This document shows, in pieces, positions 6,823 through 15,452 of a stretch of 42,445 nucleotides of DNA; the stretch's first letter is position 1; each line of letters opens with the position of its first letter. Location of the stretch: positions 1-42,445 of IMG/VR virus record IMGVR_UViG_3300037515_000112. One strand, given 5' to 3'. The position numbers were made by a program, and so were the translations under genes. This stretch comes from a virus (taxonomy: Duplodnaviria; Caudoviricetes). The notes under the pieces were generated by a model. It was not told the DNA's origin. It saw only the letters and a program-made list of their open reading frames with translations, and ran no database searches.

Positions 6823-7041
6823 GTGACCGAGCTCCCACCCTGCCTATGCGGGGACTACAATCACAGTGAGATGGAATGTATCGACGCGCCCCTATGCGGG
6901 GCGTGTGACCATCCCTACTATGAACACGGGTTCGACGGGGCGTGCTATCATTCCGAAAGGAACCCGGCGCAGCCCGGCGAGATCATCGCCACCATGAGCC
7001 TGTGCGGGTGCGATAACTACAAGGAGACAGCGACACCATGA
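6823..7041 (+). CDS. Cys/His-rich small early protein
   Basis: SD TAAGGAGG; CLCG..H..C, CGACDH..H..C..CGC. Confidence 0.75.
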   Translation: MTELPPCLCGDYNHSEMECIDAPLCGACDHPYYEHGFDGACYHSERNPAQPGEIIATMSLCGCDNYKETATP

Positions 7042-7517
7042 CCTATACCTACGAGTACGAGCTGAGGGTAAACACCCTGAGCCCCGGCGAGGGGACCGAA
7101 CCGACCCGGCGCACAATCGCCCGCGACTACGTGCCACTGTTGGCTGTCGGCGTGGACGATGCCGCCGACTCTCTCGCGGCAGCGGTCGCGAGGCTCACCG
7201 CCGACGACACCTACAACGGGCACCCGAACCGGGAAACCTGGGCTATGGGGCTCTACCTCGGCAACGACTACGGGCTCTACCACTGGACACTGGACACGGT
7301 GCGCCAAGGACTGGAGGATCACCCCGACCTAGCAGACCCGGACAACGACGGCGCACGCTGGGCCGGTGAACACCTGCGCGACCAGTTCGAGGCGTTCGTT
7401 GGTGATGAAGCGTGGTTCATGGATGAGGACGACACCCGCTCTATGCTGGACGACATCGGCTCCCGTTGGCGTATCGACTGGGAAGATGTCGCGCGTGGCT
7501 TCATGGACGAGGACTAA
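7038..7517 (+). CDS. Conserved acidic phage early protein (YNG.N.ETW...ND family)
   Basis: TYNGHPNRETWAMGLYLGND and IDWEDVA motifs; SD AAGGAG. Confidence 0.8.
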   Translation: MTYTYEYELRVNTLSPGEGTEPTRRTIARDYVPLLAVGVDDAADSLAAAVARLTADDTYNGHPNRETWAMGLYLGNDYGLYHWTLDTVRQGLEDHPDLADPDNDGARWAGEHLRDQFEAFVGDEAWFMDEDDTRSMLDDIGSRWRIDWEDVARGFMDED

Positions 7518-7522
7518 GGAGA

Positions 7523-7777
7523 GTGACCTACGGCGAACACACCACCAACGGAGGCGCACCGGAAGGGTGGCCCACCACCCTCACCGCCTACTACTGGCCC
7601 AACCCCGCAACACCCTGCGCCCTAGCAGGGGGGGTCTTGGTCACCGCGGATATGGCACCCTTCGAGCAGGGCCGCCCGGCGTGGGCGTGTTACCTGGGCT
7701 GTACGTGTGCCACGTGTTACCACTGGGCACAGCTCACGGTAACCGCTTACGCGAGGCTCGTACTAAGCACCGGCTAA
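7523..7777 (+). CDS. Hypothetical early protein (84 aa)
   Basis: GTG after TAAGGAGA; CYLGCTCATC. Confidence 0.55.
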   Translation: MTYGEHTTNGGAPEGWPTTLTAYYWPNPATPCALAGGVLVTADMAPFEQGRPAWACYLGCTCATCYHWAQLTVTAYARLVLSTG

Positions 7778-7794
7778 CACGACAAGCCGCTACG

Positions 7795-7830
7795 GTGACA
7801 GCTCCCGGTTAGGAGGCCGGGGGCTGTTAC
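7795..7830 (+). terminator. Hairpin closing cassette 1
   Basis: 16-bp stem with G-U pairs GTGACAGCTCCCGGTT/GGCCGGGGGCTGTTAC, 4-nt loop; no U tract. Confidence 0.6.
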
Positions 7831-7931
7831 GCGTCCGGGGCTCTGGCTTTGTCTGCCAAGTGGCGGGCCGGGTGCGCTAGTCCCCTTGCCTACCGTCGAA
7901 GGGTGCCCGATAAGAACCCCCGCAATACCCC

Positions 7932-7960
7932 TTGACAAGCGGCCCGAAGTGTGAGACTAT
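7932..7960 (+). promoter_or_regulatory. Early promoter P2
   Basis: TTGACA-N17-GACTAT; shares TTGACAAGCGGC with P1. Confidence 0.6.
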
Positions 7961-8010
7961 GAGGCCATGAAGGAAGCTACCGCCAACCTCACCCGACTCA
8001 AGGCTACAGC

Positions 8011-8247
8011 ATGAGCCCCGACCACAACCTAATCACAATCCTAGACGCTATCGAACGCATAGCCCCCGAAACCGACCGCTACACCAACACACTAGAAAGG
8101 GTACACGCTAAGCGTGCTGCCCTAATCCGTGACGCTGTACACCACGGCGCTACCCTCACCGAGGTTAGCTACGCGGCAGGGATCAGCCGTCAACGTGTAG
8201 CGCAGATAGTCAACGCCGGACCCGGCAGAAAGGCAATAGCACAATGA
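8011..8247 (+). CDS. Helix-turn-helix DNA-binding protein
   Basis: GATLTEVSYAAGISRQRVAQIV. Confidence 0.82.
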   Translation: MSPDHNLITILDAIERIAPETDRYTNTLERVHAKRAALIRDAVHHGATLTEVSYAAGISRQRVAQIVNAGPGRKAIAQ

Positions 8248-8525
8248 CCACCACCTACACCCGCGAGGTCGGCCCGTTGGCGTTCACGGTCTGGCCGCAC
8301 TATGAGCGCGCCGGGAAGGACCATTACCTAGCGTCGGCTTACGTCAAGTGCCGGAGCTGTGGCTATGGTCGGGAGCAGTCCGCCCCGACCCTTGACGATT
8401 ACCTAGCCCGCCATGCCGCCCCCGGAGTGTTCGGTTGTCGAACACTGGCCGACCCCCCGATTAGCCGCCGCGTAGTATGGGACGGTAGGAAGGGTAGGGC
8501 CACCACCCTCCCCTCCGCCCGCTAG
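8244..8525 (+). CDS. Hypothetical early protein with CxxC..H..C
   Basis: ATGA coupling; CRSCG. Confidence 0.68.
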   Translation: MTTTYTREVGPLAFTVWPHYERAGKDHYLASAYVKCRSCGYGREQSAPTLDDYLARHAAPGVFGCRTLADPPISRRVVWDGRKGRATTLPSAR

Positions 8526-8530
8526 GGGAC

Positions 8531-8560
8531 TTGACAACCCCTAGCCCGCCATGCCATAAT
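8531..8560 (+). promoter_or_regulatory. Early promoter P3
   Basis: TTGACA-N18-CATAAT with TGn extension. Confidence 0.78.
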
Positions 8561-8596
8561 GGGCCCGTGACCGCAACCACGACAAGGAGAAACCCC

Positions 8597-8800
8597 ATGA
8601 TCCCGAACGACACCGAGCAATGGTTCAGGGAGCTACCTGGCGAACTGGTCCAGTGGGCCACTTGGTGGCCGCGAGAGTGTCGGCTAGTGATCGAGACTTA
8701 CCGCGACCGGCCCGGCACCCCGCCACTATCTACCCTTGAACCCCCGTTCAACTACTACACCCGCGAGGATGTCGAGTACGGCCTCGCCTACTACACCTAG
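8597..8800 (+). CDS. Hypothetical early protein (67 aa)
   Basis: SD AAGGAG; alternative in-frame leaderless GTG at 8567. Confidence 0.7.
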   Translation: MIPNDTEQWFRELPGELVQWATWWPRECRLVIETYRDRPGTPPLSTLEPPFNYYTREDVEYGLAYYT

Positions 8801-8826
8801 ACCACCACCACCCGCCAACAGTGACC

Positions 8827-8851
8827 GCCCCCCGGACCATCAACGGGGGGC
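8827..8851 (+). terminator. Hairpin closing cassette 3
   Basis: GCCCCCCG-N9-CGGGGGGC. Confidence 0.5.
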
Positions 8852-9038
8852 ATCACAACGCCCACCTAACCCCCGCCACAACTGACAAGGTACACCGGCC
8901 CGCCGACTGGCGGGTCGGACCTTGTGCCGGACGGCAAGGCACTACGGTAACCATTCCCCACTAGGGCAAGCGGGGACGGGGGAAGGGTAGCTACCCTCCC
9001 GGACATACGTTCGGAGGCTAGGTATCTGTAAAGTACCC

Positions 9039-9067
9039 TTGACAACCAACTAGGGACGTGATACAAT
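9039..9067 (+). promoter_or_regulatory. Early promoter P4
   Basis: TTGACA-N17-TACAAT with TGn extension. Confidence 0.82.
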
Positions 9068-9097
9068 GACGACAGCCAACTAGAAAGGTAAGGCACC

Positions 9098-9694
9098 ATG
9101 ACTCCCGACTCCCGCCACACTTGGCAAGACACAGGCACAACTACCATCTGCACAGTCTGCCAGTACGACCTAGGCACAAGGCAGCTAGGACAGACAGCAG
9201 ACATAACAGCAGGGACAAGGCTATGCCGCCCCATGTTCGAAATCGGGATGGGATGGGACACCGGACACAGCACAGCAGACGAGACTAACGCTTTCGTCAT
9301 CCTAGAAGCCATCGAGTACGGATGGGAACCATCAGACCTAGACGAGCTACGAACACTCGCCGAGAACACAGACAGATGGACAGACGATCCCGACGATAGC
9401 GAATGGCTAACCGAAATGTCCGATCGAGCCCTCGACTACCTAAGCAGCTACTGCCCACCAGGTACATGGTACGGATTCGATGGCGATATGGGGCACGTCG
9501 GATGCCACGTAACCGACGAGCTACCCGAACTCATCGAACAGATAGCAGGGATGGAAGCCCACCTAACCAGACTCCGAGCAGAACGCTCCGAACTCATAAC
9601 AGCATACAGCCAGGCAGGGATGAGCCTGAGAGACATAGCAGACATGGCAGGCATCAGCCATACGAGGGTAGCGCAACTAATCGAAGGCACCTAA
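9098..9694 (+). CDS. Early protein with acidic N-domain and C-terminal helix-turn-helix
   Basis: GMSLRDIADMAGISHTRVAQLI; similar to the 8011..8247 HTH. Confidence 0.8.
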   Translation: MTPDSRHTWQDTGTTTICTVCQYDLGTRQLGQTADITAGTRLCRPMFEIGMGWDTGHSTADETNAFVILEAIEYGWEPSDLDELRTLAENTDRWTDDPDDSEWLTEMSDRALDYLSSYCPPGTWYGFDGDMGHVGCHVTDELPELIEQIAGMEAHLTRLRAERSELITAYSQAGMSLRDIADMAGISHTRVAQLIEGT

Positions 9695-9713
9695 CCTACC
9701 AACCCACCAACCT

Positions 9714-9753
9714 AGAAACCTCCCGGCTCCCACCAAGTCGGGAGGTTTCTTAT
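9714..9753 (+). terminator. Hairpin/terminator closing cassette 4
   Basis: AGAAACCTCCCGGCT/AGTCGGGAGGTTTCT followed by TAT. Confidence 0.7.
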
Positions 9754-9818
9754 CACCACCACCCGCCAACAGTGCCCCGGTAGACCACCATGCCGGGGCA
9801 CAACGGTGTCAAGAGTAG

Positions 9819-9848
9819 TTGACAAACTTGCGGGACCATGCCTATCAT
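9819..9848 (+). promoter_or_regulatory. Early promoter P5
   Basis: TTGACA-N18-TATCAT. Confidence 0.75.
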
Positions 9849-9883
9849 CAAGGGGTAAGACCACCACAAGAGAGGGAGACCCG

Positions 9884-10117
9884 ATGACACTCCGCGACGA
9901 GCTACTCCACGAGAACCACGGCGACGCTATCGAAGCCGCCGCCATCCTCGCAGTACGACTCAACCGAGACGACCCTAACGAACCAACAAGGGACGGGTAC
10001 ACCATCCCCAACGCGGTCCTCGCCGCTAAGGACATCTTTCCCGAAGTCGACGAGTCGGACATCCGCGGCCGCGCCTTCGCCATCCGCCGCGACTATTCGT
10101 GGATAACCGAGCGATGA
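9884..10117 (+). CDS. Hypothetical early protein (77 aa)
   Basis: SD GAGGGAG before ATG 9884. Confidence 0.72.
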   Translation: MTLRDELLHENHGDAIEAAAILAVRLNRDDPNEPTRDGYTIPNAVLAAKDIFPEVDESDIRGRAFAIRRDYSWITER

Positions 10118-10155
10118 CCAGCATCCCCACCGACTAACCCCCGCCACCACCAAGG

Positions 10156-10190
10156 ATAAGAACCCTCCCGACAACGGGAGGGTTCTTATT
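10156..10190 (+). terminator. Hairpin/terminator closing cassette 5
   Basis: Perfect 15-bp stem ATAAGAACCCTCCCG/CGGGAGGGTTCTTAT, 4-nt loop. Confidence 0.75.
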
Positions 10191-10757
10191 ACCACCACCA
10201 CAAACGACAGCGACCCTCCCCAGCACAGTAGCCCAGTATCCACCACCACCACCACCAAAGCCCAACCCTAACCCACAACGCAGCGACAAACGACCCCCCT
10301 AGCGCTTGGGTTATATTAGGGGGGAAGGGGGGTGGTCGCTGTGTAAATCGTCTGAACAGCGACGTGTTTGGCCGTGGCTGCGTTAGCGTTTGGCCACGGC
10401 GGGTGGTTGGTTCTGTTACGGGGAGTGTAATACTGTTTATGTTGTCTTTATGTATGTGAATTCTGTGTGAACTTTTAGAAAGTCGGGAATAAACGCGTTT
10501 CGCGTTTCCTTATACAGTACACTACCGAACGGAGTGGCTAAGTGAGGTAGTCAGCAAGCCTCGCCAAACCTTTGAGGGTTTGGCTCAGCACAGGAGAGCG
10601 AAGCGAAATCGAAGATGTAGCTGAGCGATTGGAGAGGTAGCCTCCTATGGTTTCTTTCTTCTCGATAGGTTCTGTTGTCGTTTGCTAACTTTGGTTAGCA
10701 TGGCTCTTAGCGAACCCTTCAGGTTCGCTGGTATGCTCGGTGGCAACCTAGTTAGGA
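10191..10757. other. Large non-coding region with AT-rich core and hairpin cluster (candidate origin or packaging site)
   Basis: No credible ORF; AT-rich about 10425-10520; several inverted repeats 10521-10729; sits between early genes and terminase. Confidence 0.5.
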
Positions 10758-11120
10758 GTGTTGCCTGTGTCTCGGCTTCCTTTGTTCGTTTCTGAGTATC
10801 TGATCGCAGCCGGTGGAACAGCGATCCTCCTGCTGTCCGATGTTGAAGCTGTCACCGCTGCCAGTGTAGCTGTCATCGCCGCGGCCCTAATCCTCGCCAG
10901 AGGCTACCTGCACACCATCGTCACCAAAGCTGACATCTCAGCCACAGAGAAGATGGTCACAGCCCAGGCCGCAGCCCTCTACCGGCAACTCATCGACCAG
11001 CAACAGAACCCTGTCGCCGTGTCCGACAACCTCGCCCAGTTCCCAAACATCTACAACGGGCAAGCACCCAACTACGACGACTTCGATCCTGTGGACCCCG
11101 AGCCCGAGGCCACCGGATAG
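10758..11120 (+). CDS. Membrane protein (two hydrophobic segments, acidic tail)
   Basis: YLIAAGGTAILLL and AVTAASVAVIAAALILA; start uncertain. Confidence 0.65.
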   Translation: MLPVSRLPLFVSEYLIAAGGTAILLLSDVEAVTAASVAVIAAALILARGYLHTIVTKADISATEKMVTAQAAALYRQLIDQQQNPVAVSDNLAQFPNIYNGQAPNYDDFDPVDPEPEATG

Positions 11121-11138
11121 TAGACCTGCAAACTTGCG

Positions 11139-11176
11139 AACAGCGGCGGCCCCCTAGGGGGCCGTGCTGTTTACTT
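11139..11176 (+). terminator. Rho-independent terminator-like hairpin
   Basis: AACAGC..CGGCCCCC-TA-GGGGGCCG..GCTGTT followed by TACTT. Confidence 0.6.
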
Positions 11177-11216
11177 GCGGGAGTAGAAAACAGACGATGA
11201 GCGTTATCCCTAACTG

Positions 11217-13184
11217 ATGGACCGCAGATACTCCACCGCCTCACGCCGAGACTACGTAGACTCCCAACTCTCCCGCTACCGCATAGATGAGAAGTCTGGT
11301 CATTCGCTACGAGACATCGCCTGGGATGTCAAATCTGCCTTCCAACTGGAAAAGCCCCCTTCAGCGGCGACCATCGCCAACGACCTGAAAATCATCGAAG
11401 AACGCAAACAGCGCAACGTCCTCTCCGACGAAGCCTCCCAGCTCCTACACCCAGACCGATTCGCAGAATGGCGTACCCGCCTGTTCACCGCAGCGAACGG
11501 GCAACCCTACGAAACCCCCGACCACCAGCTCGCCTGGTTCTGGCTCCTATACTGCCTCGCCCTCAAAGAGACACTACCCGAATGGGTCATCGAATGGTTC
11601 AAGGACCATGACGCTGACCTTGGCGAAATCAACGACTGGGTAGAAAACCAGGAACTCCTACTCACCCTCTGGCTCCTAGCCCCGCCCCGTCACGGCAAAA
11701 CTGATCTGTTCCGTCACGCCTGCATCTTCCTCATGCTCATCAACCCGAACATCCGAATCATGTGGCAGTCCCTCAACCTCACCGTCGCCCAACTCACAAC
11801 CGCGTGGATCAAGCGGGAACTCGAATCCAACGCCGACCTCATCAACATGTACGGGCCGTTCTACAAGGACGGCAACTGGTCCGACAAAGAGTTCATCATC
11901 GCCACCAGAACCATCAACCTTGCGTCACCCACCATGATCGCCCTCGGCAAAACGGAGGGCACCCTGTCACGTGACGCTGACCTCATCGTAGTAGACGACT
12001 TCGTAGACGAAAAAGCATCCATGTCCCCAACACAGGTGGAGAAGGATGTCAACAACCTGAAAACCCAGGTACTCACCCGCCGCGAAACCTGGACCCCAGT
12101 GTTGGGTATCGGGTCGCATCAGCGTAGCATCGGCGGTGACGCCTACGAGTACATGGAGCGTCACGAAACCGAACATGCGGACCCGACCGCTTCGGCCAAG
12201 ACTATCTTCGTGAAAGTGAAAGCCCACAACTATTCACGGTGCCGGACCAGCGACAACCCAGACACCCCCGACGATGAGATACACGGCGACTGGTGCATCC
12301 TGTGGCCGACCATGCGGGGACTGTGGTTCCTCGAAGCGATGCGCCACGACCTCGGAGATGTCATGTACGAGGTTGCGTACAACCAGGAGGCCCGCCGATC
12401 CTCCATCACCTACTTCCGTGAAGAAACCGTATACGGCGACTTCCAACAGCCACGCTGGGACGACAACCTCAAACGCAACGCCGACCCCGACCTGTCCGTA
12501 GGTGTCGGCATGGTAGACCGGGAACGGTCCTACGGTCAGCGACCCGCCTGCTGTGGCAAACCAGCGAACGCACTACTCGTCGCCCTCGGCTTCGACCCCG
12601 CCGCAGGCGAAACCCGACACGCAGCAGAATCATCCCTCCACGTCCTCGGCGGCTGCCCCCACTGTGAGCGACGGTACATCATAGACGACTGGCACGACCG
12701 CGTATCCCCCGAGCGTCACCCCGACATCATAGATCAGTTCGCCGCGGCTACACGCCCCCACCGTGTCCGCATCGAAATCAACGCCTACCAGAAAGCCCTA
12801 GCCCGTGATCCAAGGCTGCGGCGTTCCGCCGCTTCGCGGCGGTACACCATAGACGAATGGCAAACCGATCAGCGCCGCGACGACCCCTTCATCGGAGTAT
12901 CCAACCTCAACAACCACATCGAAGCCGGACGGCTCTCCGTCCCGTTCCGATCACCGCACGATCAGATACGCACCAAGAAGCTGCAACGCCAGATGCTATC
13001 ATGGCCGCAGAAACCCAACGACATGATGTTCTCCCTATGGCTCGCAGACCTGTCACTCGCAGAACTGATAGCCGCGCACCACAACGAAACACCCGACTAC
13101 GCGCCCGGCTACGAGACAATGCCCCAATACCTGCGAGACTCCGCACGCACCGTGGACCTCTCCGCCATGTGGGAACGGGAATAG
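11217..13184 (+). CDS. terL: Terminase large subunit with N-terminal HTH-like extension
   Basis: Walker A LLAPPRHGKT, Walker B LIVVDD, nuclease LGFDPA, IEINAYQK, NDMMFSLW. Confidence 0.93.
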   Translation: MDRRYSTASRRDYVDSQLSRYRIDEKSGHSLRDIAWDVKSAFQLEKPPSAATIANDLKIIEERKQRNVLSDEASQLLHPDRFAEWRTRLFTAANGQPYETPDHQLAWFWLLYCLALKETLPEWVIEWFKDHDADLGEINDWVENQELLLTLWLLAPPRHGKTDLFRHACIFLMLINPNIRIMWQSLNLTVAQLTTAWIKRELESNADLINMYGPFYKDGNWSDKEFIIATRTINLASPTMIALGKTEGTLSRDADLIVVDDFVDEKASMSPTQVEKDVNNLKTQVLTRRETWTPVLGIGSHQRSIGGDAYEYMERHETEHADPTASAKTIFVKVKAHNYSRCRTSDNPDTPDDEIHGDWCILWPTMRGLWFLEAMRHDLGDVMYEVAYNQEARRSSITYFREETVYGDFQQPRWDDNLKRNADPDLSVGVGMVDRERSYGQRPACCGKPANALLVALGFDPAAGETRHAAESSLHVLGGCPHCERRYIIDDWHDRVSPERHPDIIDQFAAATRPHRVRIEINAYQKALARDPRLRRSAASRRYTIDEWQTDQRRDDPFIGVSNLNNHIEAGRLSVPFRSPHDQIRTKKLQRQMLSWPQKPNDMMFSLWLADLSLAELIAAHHNETPDYAPGYETMPQYLRDSARTVDLSAMWERE

Positions 13185-13239
13185 GCTTGTCGCAAACCCT
13201 GTTCTTTGGTGACAGTACCAACCTCTGTCTGGGACGGGA

Positions 13240-14913
13240 ATGAGCCTCGAAGCGTACAAGCAGTTGGCAGATGAGATTCTGCTGCGAAAAGACCACGCCC
13301 TCTCCGACGAGATGGCACGGATGGCAAAAGTGTACGAAGGTGAGCTGCCGCCCGAGTACGACAAGTTCTTCCCCACCGACTCCCCCAAGCAGGTAGTCAA
13401 CCTCATCCGACTCGCCTGGGACGACCTCGCCACAGACGTAGGCAGGTTCCCTGACCTGCGTTCCGAACCCCAAGACAATTCCGACAAAGAACAGAAGATC
13501 ACATCCCTTCTGGAACGCATCGGGTTCTCGTACATCCGTAACGCTGAACCCACCGGCAAGATGATGATGAGGATGATCGCCTGGTGGCTCGTCGGTGTAG
13601 GCCGAGCCGTCGCTGTTGTCACCCCAGACCCCGAAACCAAGATGCCCCGCATCGGAGTGCGCGATCCCCGCAACGCCTACCCGAACCCGAAGAAGTCATC
13701 CGGCAACATCATCATGGAACTCGAAGATGTGATGTTCCAATACGAACTGTCCGAACGTGAGATGAAGAACCGTGGCCTAGCGATGGCCGGACCAGCCCGA
13801 GGCTCCTACCAGACAGGGGAACGCACCGGCACGGTCATCGAGTTCATAGACGACCAGCGGTGGATGATCGTATCCGATGGCGGCACCGTCCAAGTAGCCG
13901 AACACGGGCTCGGTATGGTCCCAGCGTGGGTGTTCGGTTCGTTCTCCCCGAACAAGAAGGCGCTCGGCCAGTTCCAAGACCAGCTCTCCTTCATGGTTGC
14001 GATCAGCCGCCTGCTGTCACAGAAGGTCAGGTTCGCTGACCGGCTCGCCCACCCCCTCCTGTGGGTCCGCGGCCACGAAGGAACCATCAAGGTCGGTCCC
14101 GATGTTATCACCAAACTGGGACCGCAGGGTGAGATGGGGCAGATCAGCGCACCTGTCCAGTTGCAGGTGGACCGCGACATCGAAATGCTCCAACGGTTCT
14201 CCCGCATCCTCAACCGCAACCCCGAATCACGGCAGGGCGAGGTACAGGCCAAGGGCATTTACATGTCCGCCAAGACGCTGGAGCAGTTGTCTGAATCCAT
14301 TGACACAGTGATCGGCGGGTACTGGGACACGATCAGTGTCGGCATCCAGTATCTCGTCAAGGTCTGCTTCGCGATGGACGAGAAGTTCTGGCCCAACACT
14401 GAGAAGTCCATCTCCGGGCAGATCAAAGGCAAGAGGTTCCGTGACTCGTACACCCCGAAGAAGGACATCGCTGGACGCTGGTTCATCAACGTCGATCACG
14501 GGTTCGGGTCCGGTGGCTACCAAGGGTTCTTGCAGCAAGTCCAGATGCAGGCTGCTAAACTACAATCACGCCGAGGGGCGTTGGAGCAGATGCCCGGTAT
14601 CTCAGACATTGACGACAAGCTGCGGGAGATCGAACTTGAAGGTGTGGACGAGGCGGTGATGGCTAACTTCCAGGCGCTAGCCGCGCAAGGACAGTTGGAC
14701 CTTGTGCTGCTGTCCAAACTACGAACCGCGATGAGCCAGGAGGGTAGGCCACTGTTCGAGGTCATCGTAGAGTACGAGGAAGAACTACGCAAGCAGGCGC
14801 AGCAGGCGATGGACCAAGGCGGAGCCGATGCTGTCACTACACCTGCGGGGCCGGAAGCACCACCCGATGCTGGGTTGCCTTCCATGCCTCCCGTAGACGC
14901 GATGGGGTTCTAG
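13240..14913 (+). CDS. Portal protein
   Basis: 557 aa directly after terL; VVNLI, VRDPRNAYP; Gln/Pro-rich C-tail. Confidence 0.82.
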   Translation: MSLEAYKQLADEILLRKDHALSDEMARMAKVYEGELPPEYDKFFPTDSPKQVVNLIRLAWDDLATDVGRFPDLRSEPQDNSDKEQKITSLLERIGFSYIRNAEPTGKMMMRMIAWWLVGVGRAVAVVTPDPETKMPRIGVRDPRNAYPNPKKSSGNIIMELEDVMFQYELSEREMKNRGLAMAGPARGSYQTGERTGTVIEFIDDQRWMIVSDGGTVQVAEHGLGMVPAWVFGSFSPNKKALGQFQDQLSFMVAISRLLSQKVRFADRLAHPLLWVRGHEGTIKVGPDVITKLGPQGEMGQISAPVQLQVDRDIEMLQRFSRILNRNPESRQGEVQAKGIYMSAKTLEQLSESIDTVIGGYWDTISVGIQYLVKVCFAMDEKFWPNTEKSISGQIKGKRFRDSYTPKKDIAGRWFINVDHGFGSGGYQGFLQQVQMQAAKLQSRRGALEQMPGISDIDDKLREIELEGVDEAVMANFQALAAQGQLDLVLLSKLRTAMSQEGRPLFEVIVEYEEELRKQAQQAMDQGGADAVTTPAGPEAPPDAGLPSMPPVDAMGF

Positions 14914-14914
14914 C

Positions 14915-15448
14915 ATGACTACGCGTGGTGGGCGGGTAGCCCCAGACGGTAGGCAGGCCCAAGCGAAGGGTATCGGGAAGGACGCTAAGCGTCACGACAT
15001 GGAACGCCCCAAGACTCCTGGCCTGTACGACTCGGACCTCCAGCAGGGTGACGTTCAGGCGATGGAGCAGGGTCAGCGGATCGCTCCCATACAGCAGCAG
15101 AAACAGTCGCGTACTTCGCAGCGTCCTCGCCGCCGTCAGGAATCACCGGCCAAACCGAGGGGCGGAGCGCAGGGTGATGTTCCCGACCCTATTGACTTCC
15201 TAGGTGACAGGCTCGGCGGTACGCTCGGTGACCCTACGCAGTCTACCGCAGCGGATAACGCTGCCCAGATCAGGGAATGGATACCCCTTCTTCAGAAGCT
15301 CGCCACCGCCACCGGAGCATCCGGTGTGCTGGGCCAAGCGTACATCACCCAGTTGCGTAACGCTCGTCAGCGACCGTTCACTCACATGACTCCACTGTTG
15401 GACATGCAGGACGCTGACGACGACCTAGAACTTCTGCTGCGAGGCTAA
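14915..15448 (+). CDS. Hypothetical virion-associated protein
   Basis: Position after portal; Gln/Pro-rich, likely disordered. Confidence 0.7.
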   Translation: MTTRGGRVAPDGRQAQAKGIGKDAKRHDMERPKTPGLYDSDLQQGDVQAMEQGQRIAPIQQQKQSRTSQRPRRRQESPAKPRGGAQGDVPDPIDFLGDRLGGTLGDPTQSTAADNAAQIREWIPLLQKLATATGASGVLGQAYITQLRNARQRPFTHMTPLLDMQDADDDLELLLRG

Positions 15449-15452
15449 CACT

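Noticed and set aside
9790-9812. Leftward promoter from the reverse TTGACA at 9807-9812
   Set aside because: No acceptable -10 at 16-19 nt spacing and no credible leftward gene; treated as a palindrome half-site
8803-10147. Dispersed early-region repeats as a mini CRISPR array or attP
   Set aside because: Only two copies of each, about 1 kb apart with genes between, and no integrase
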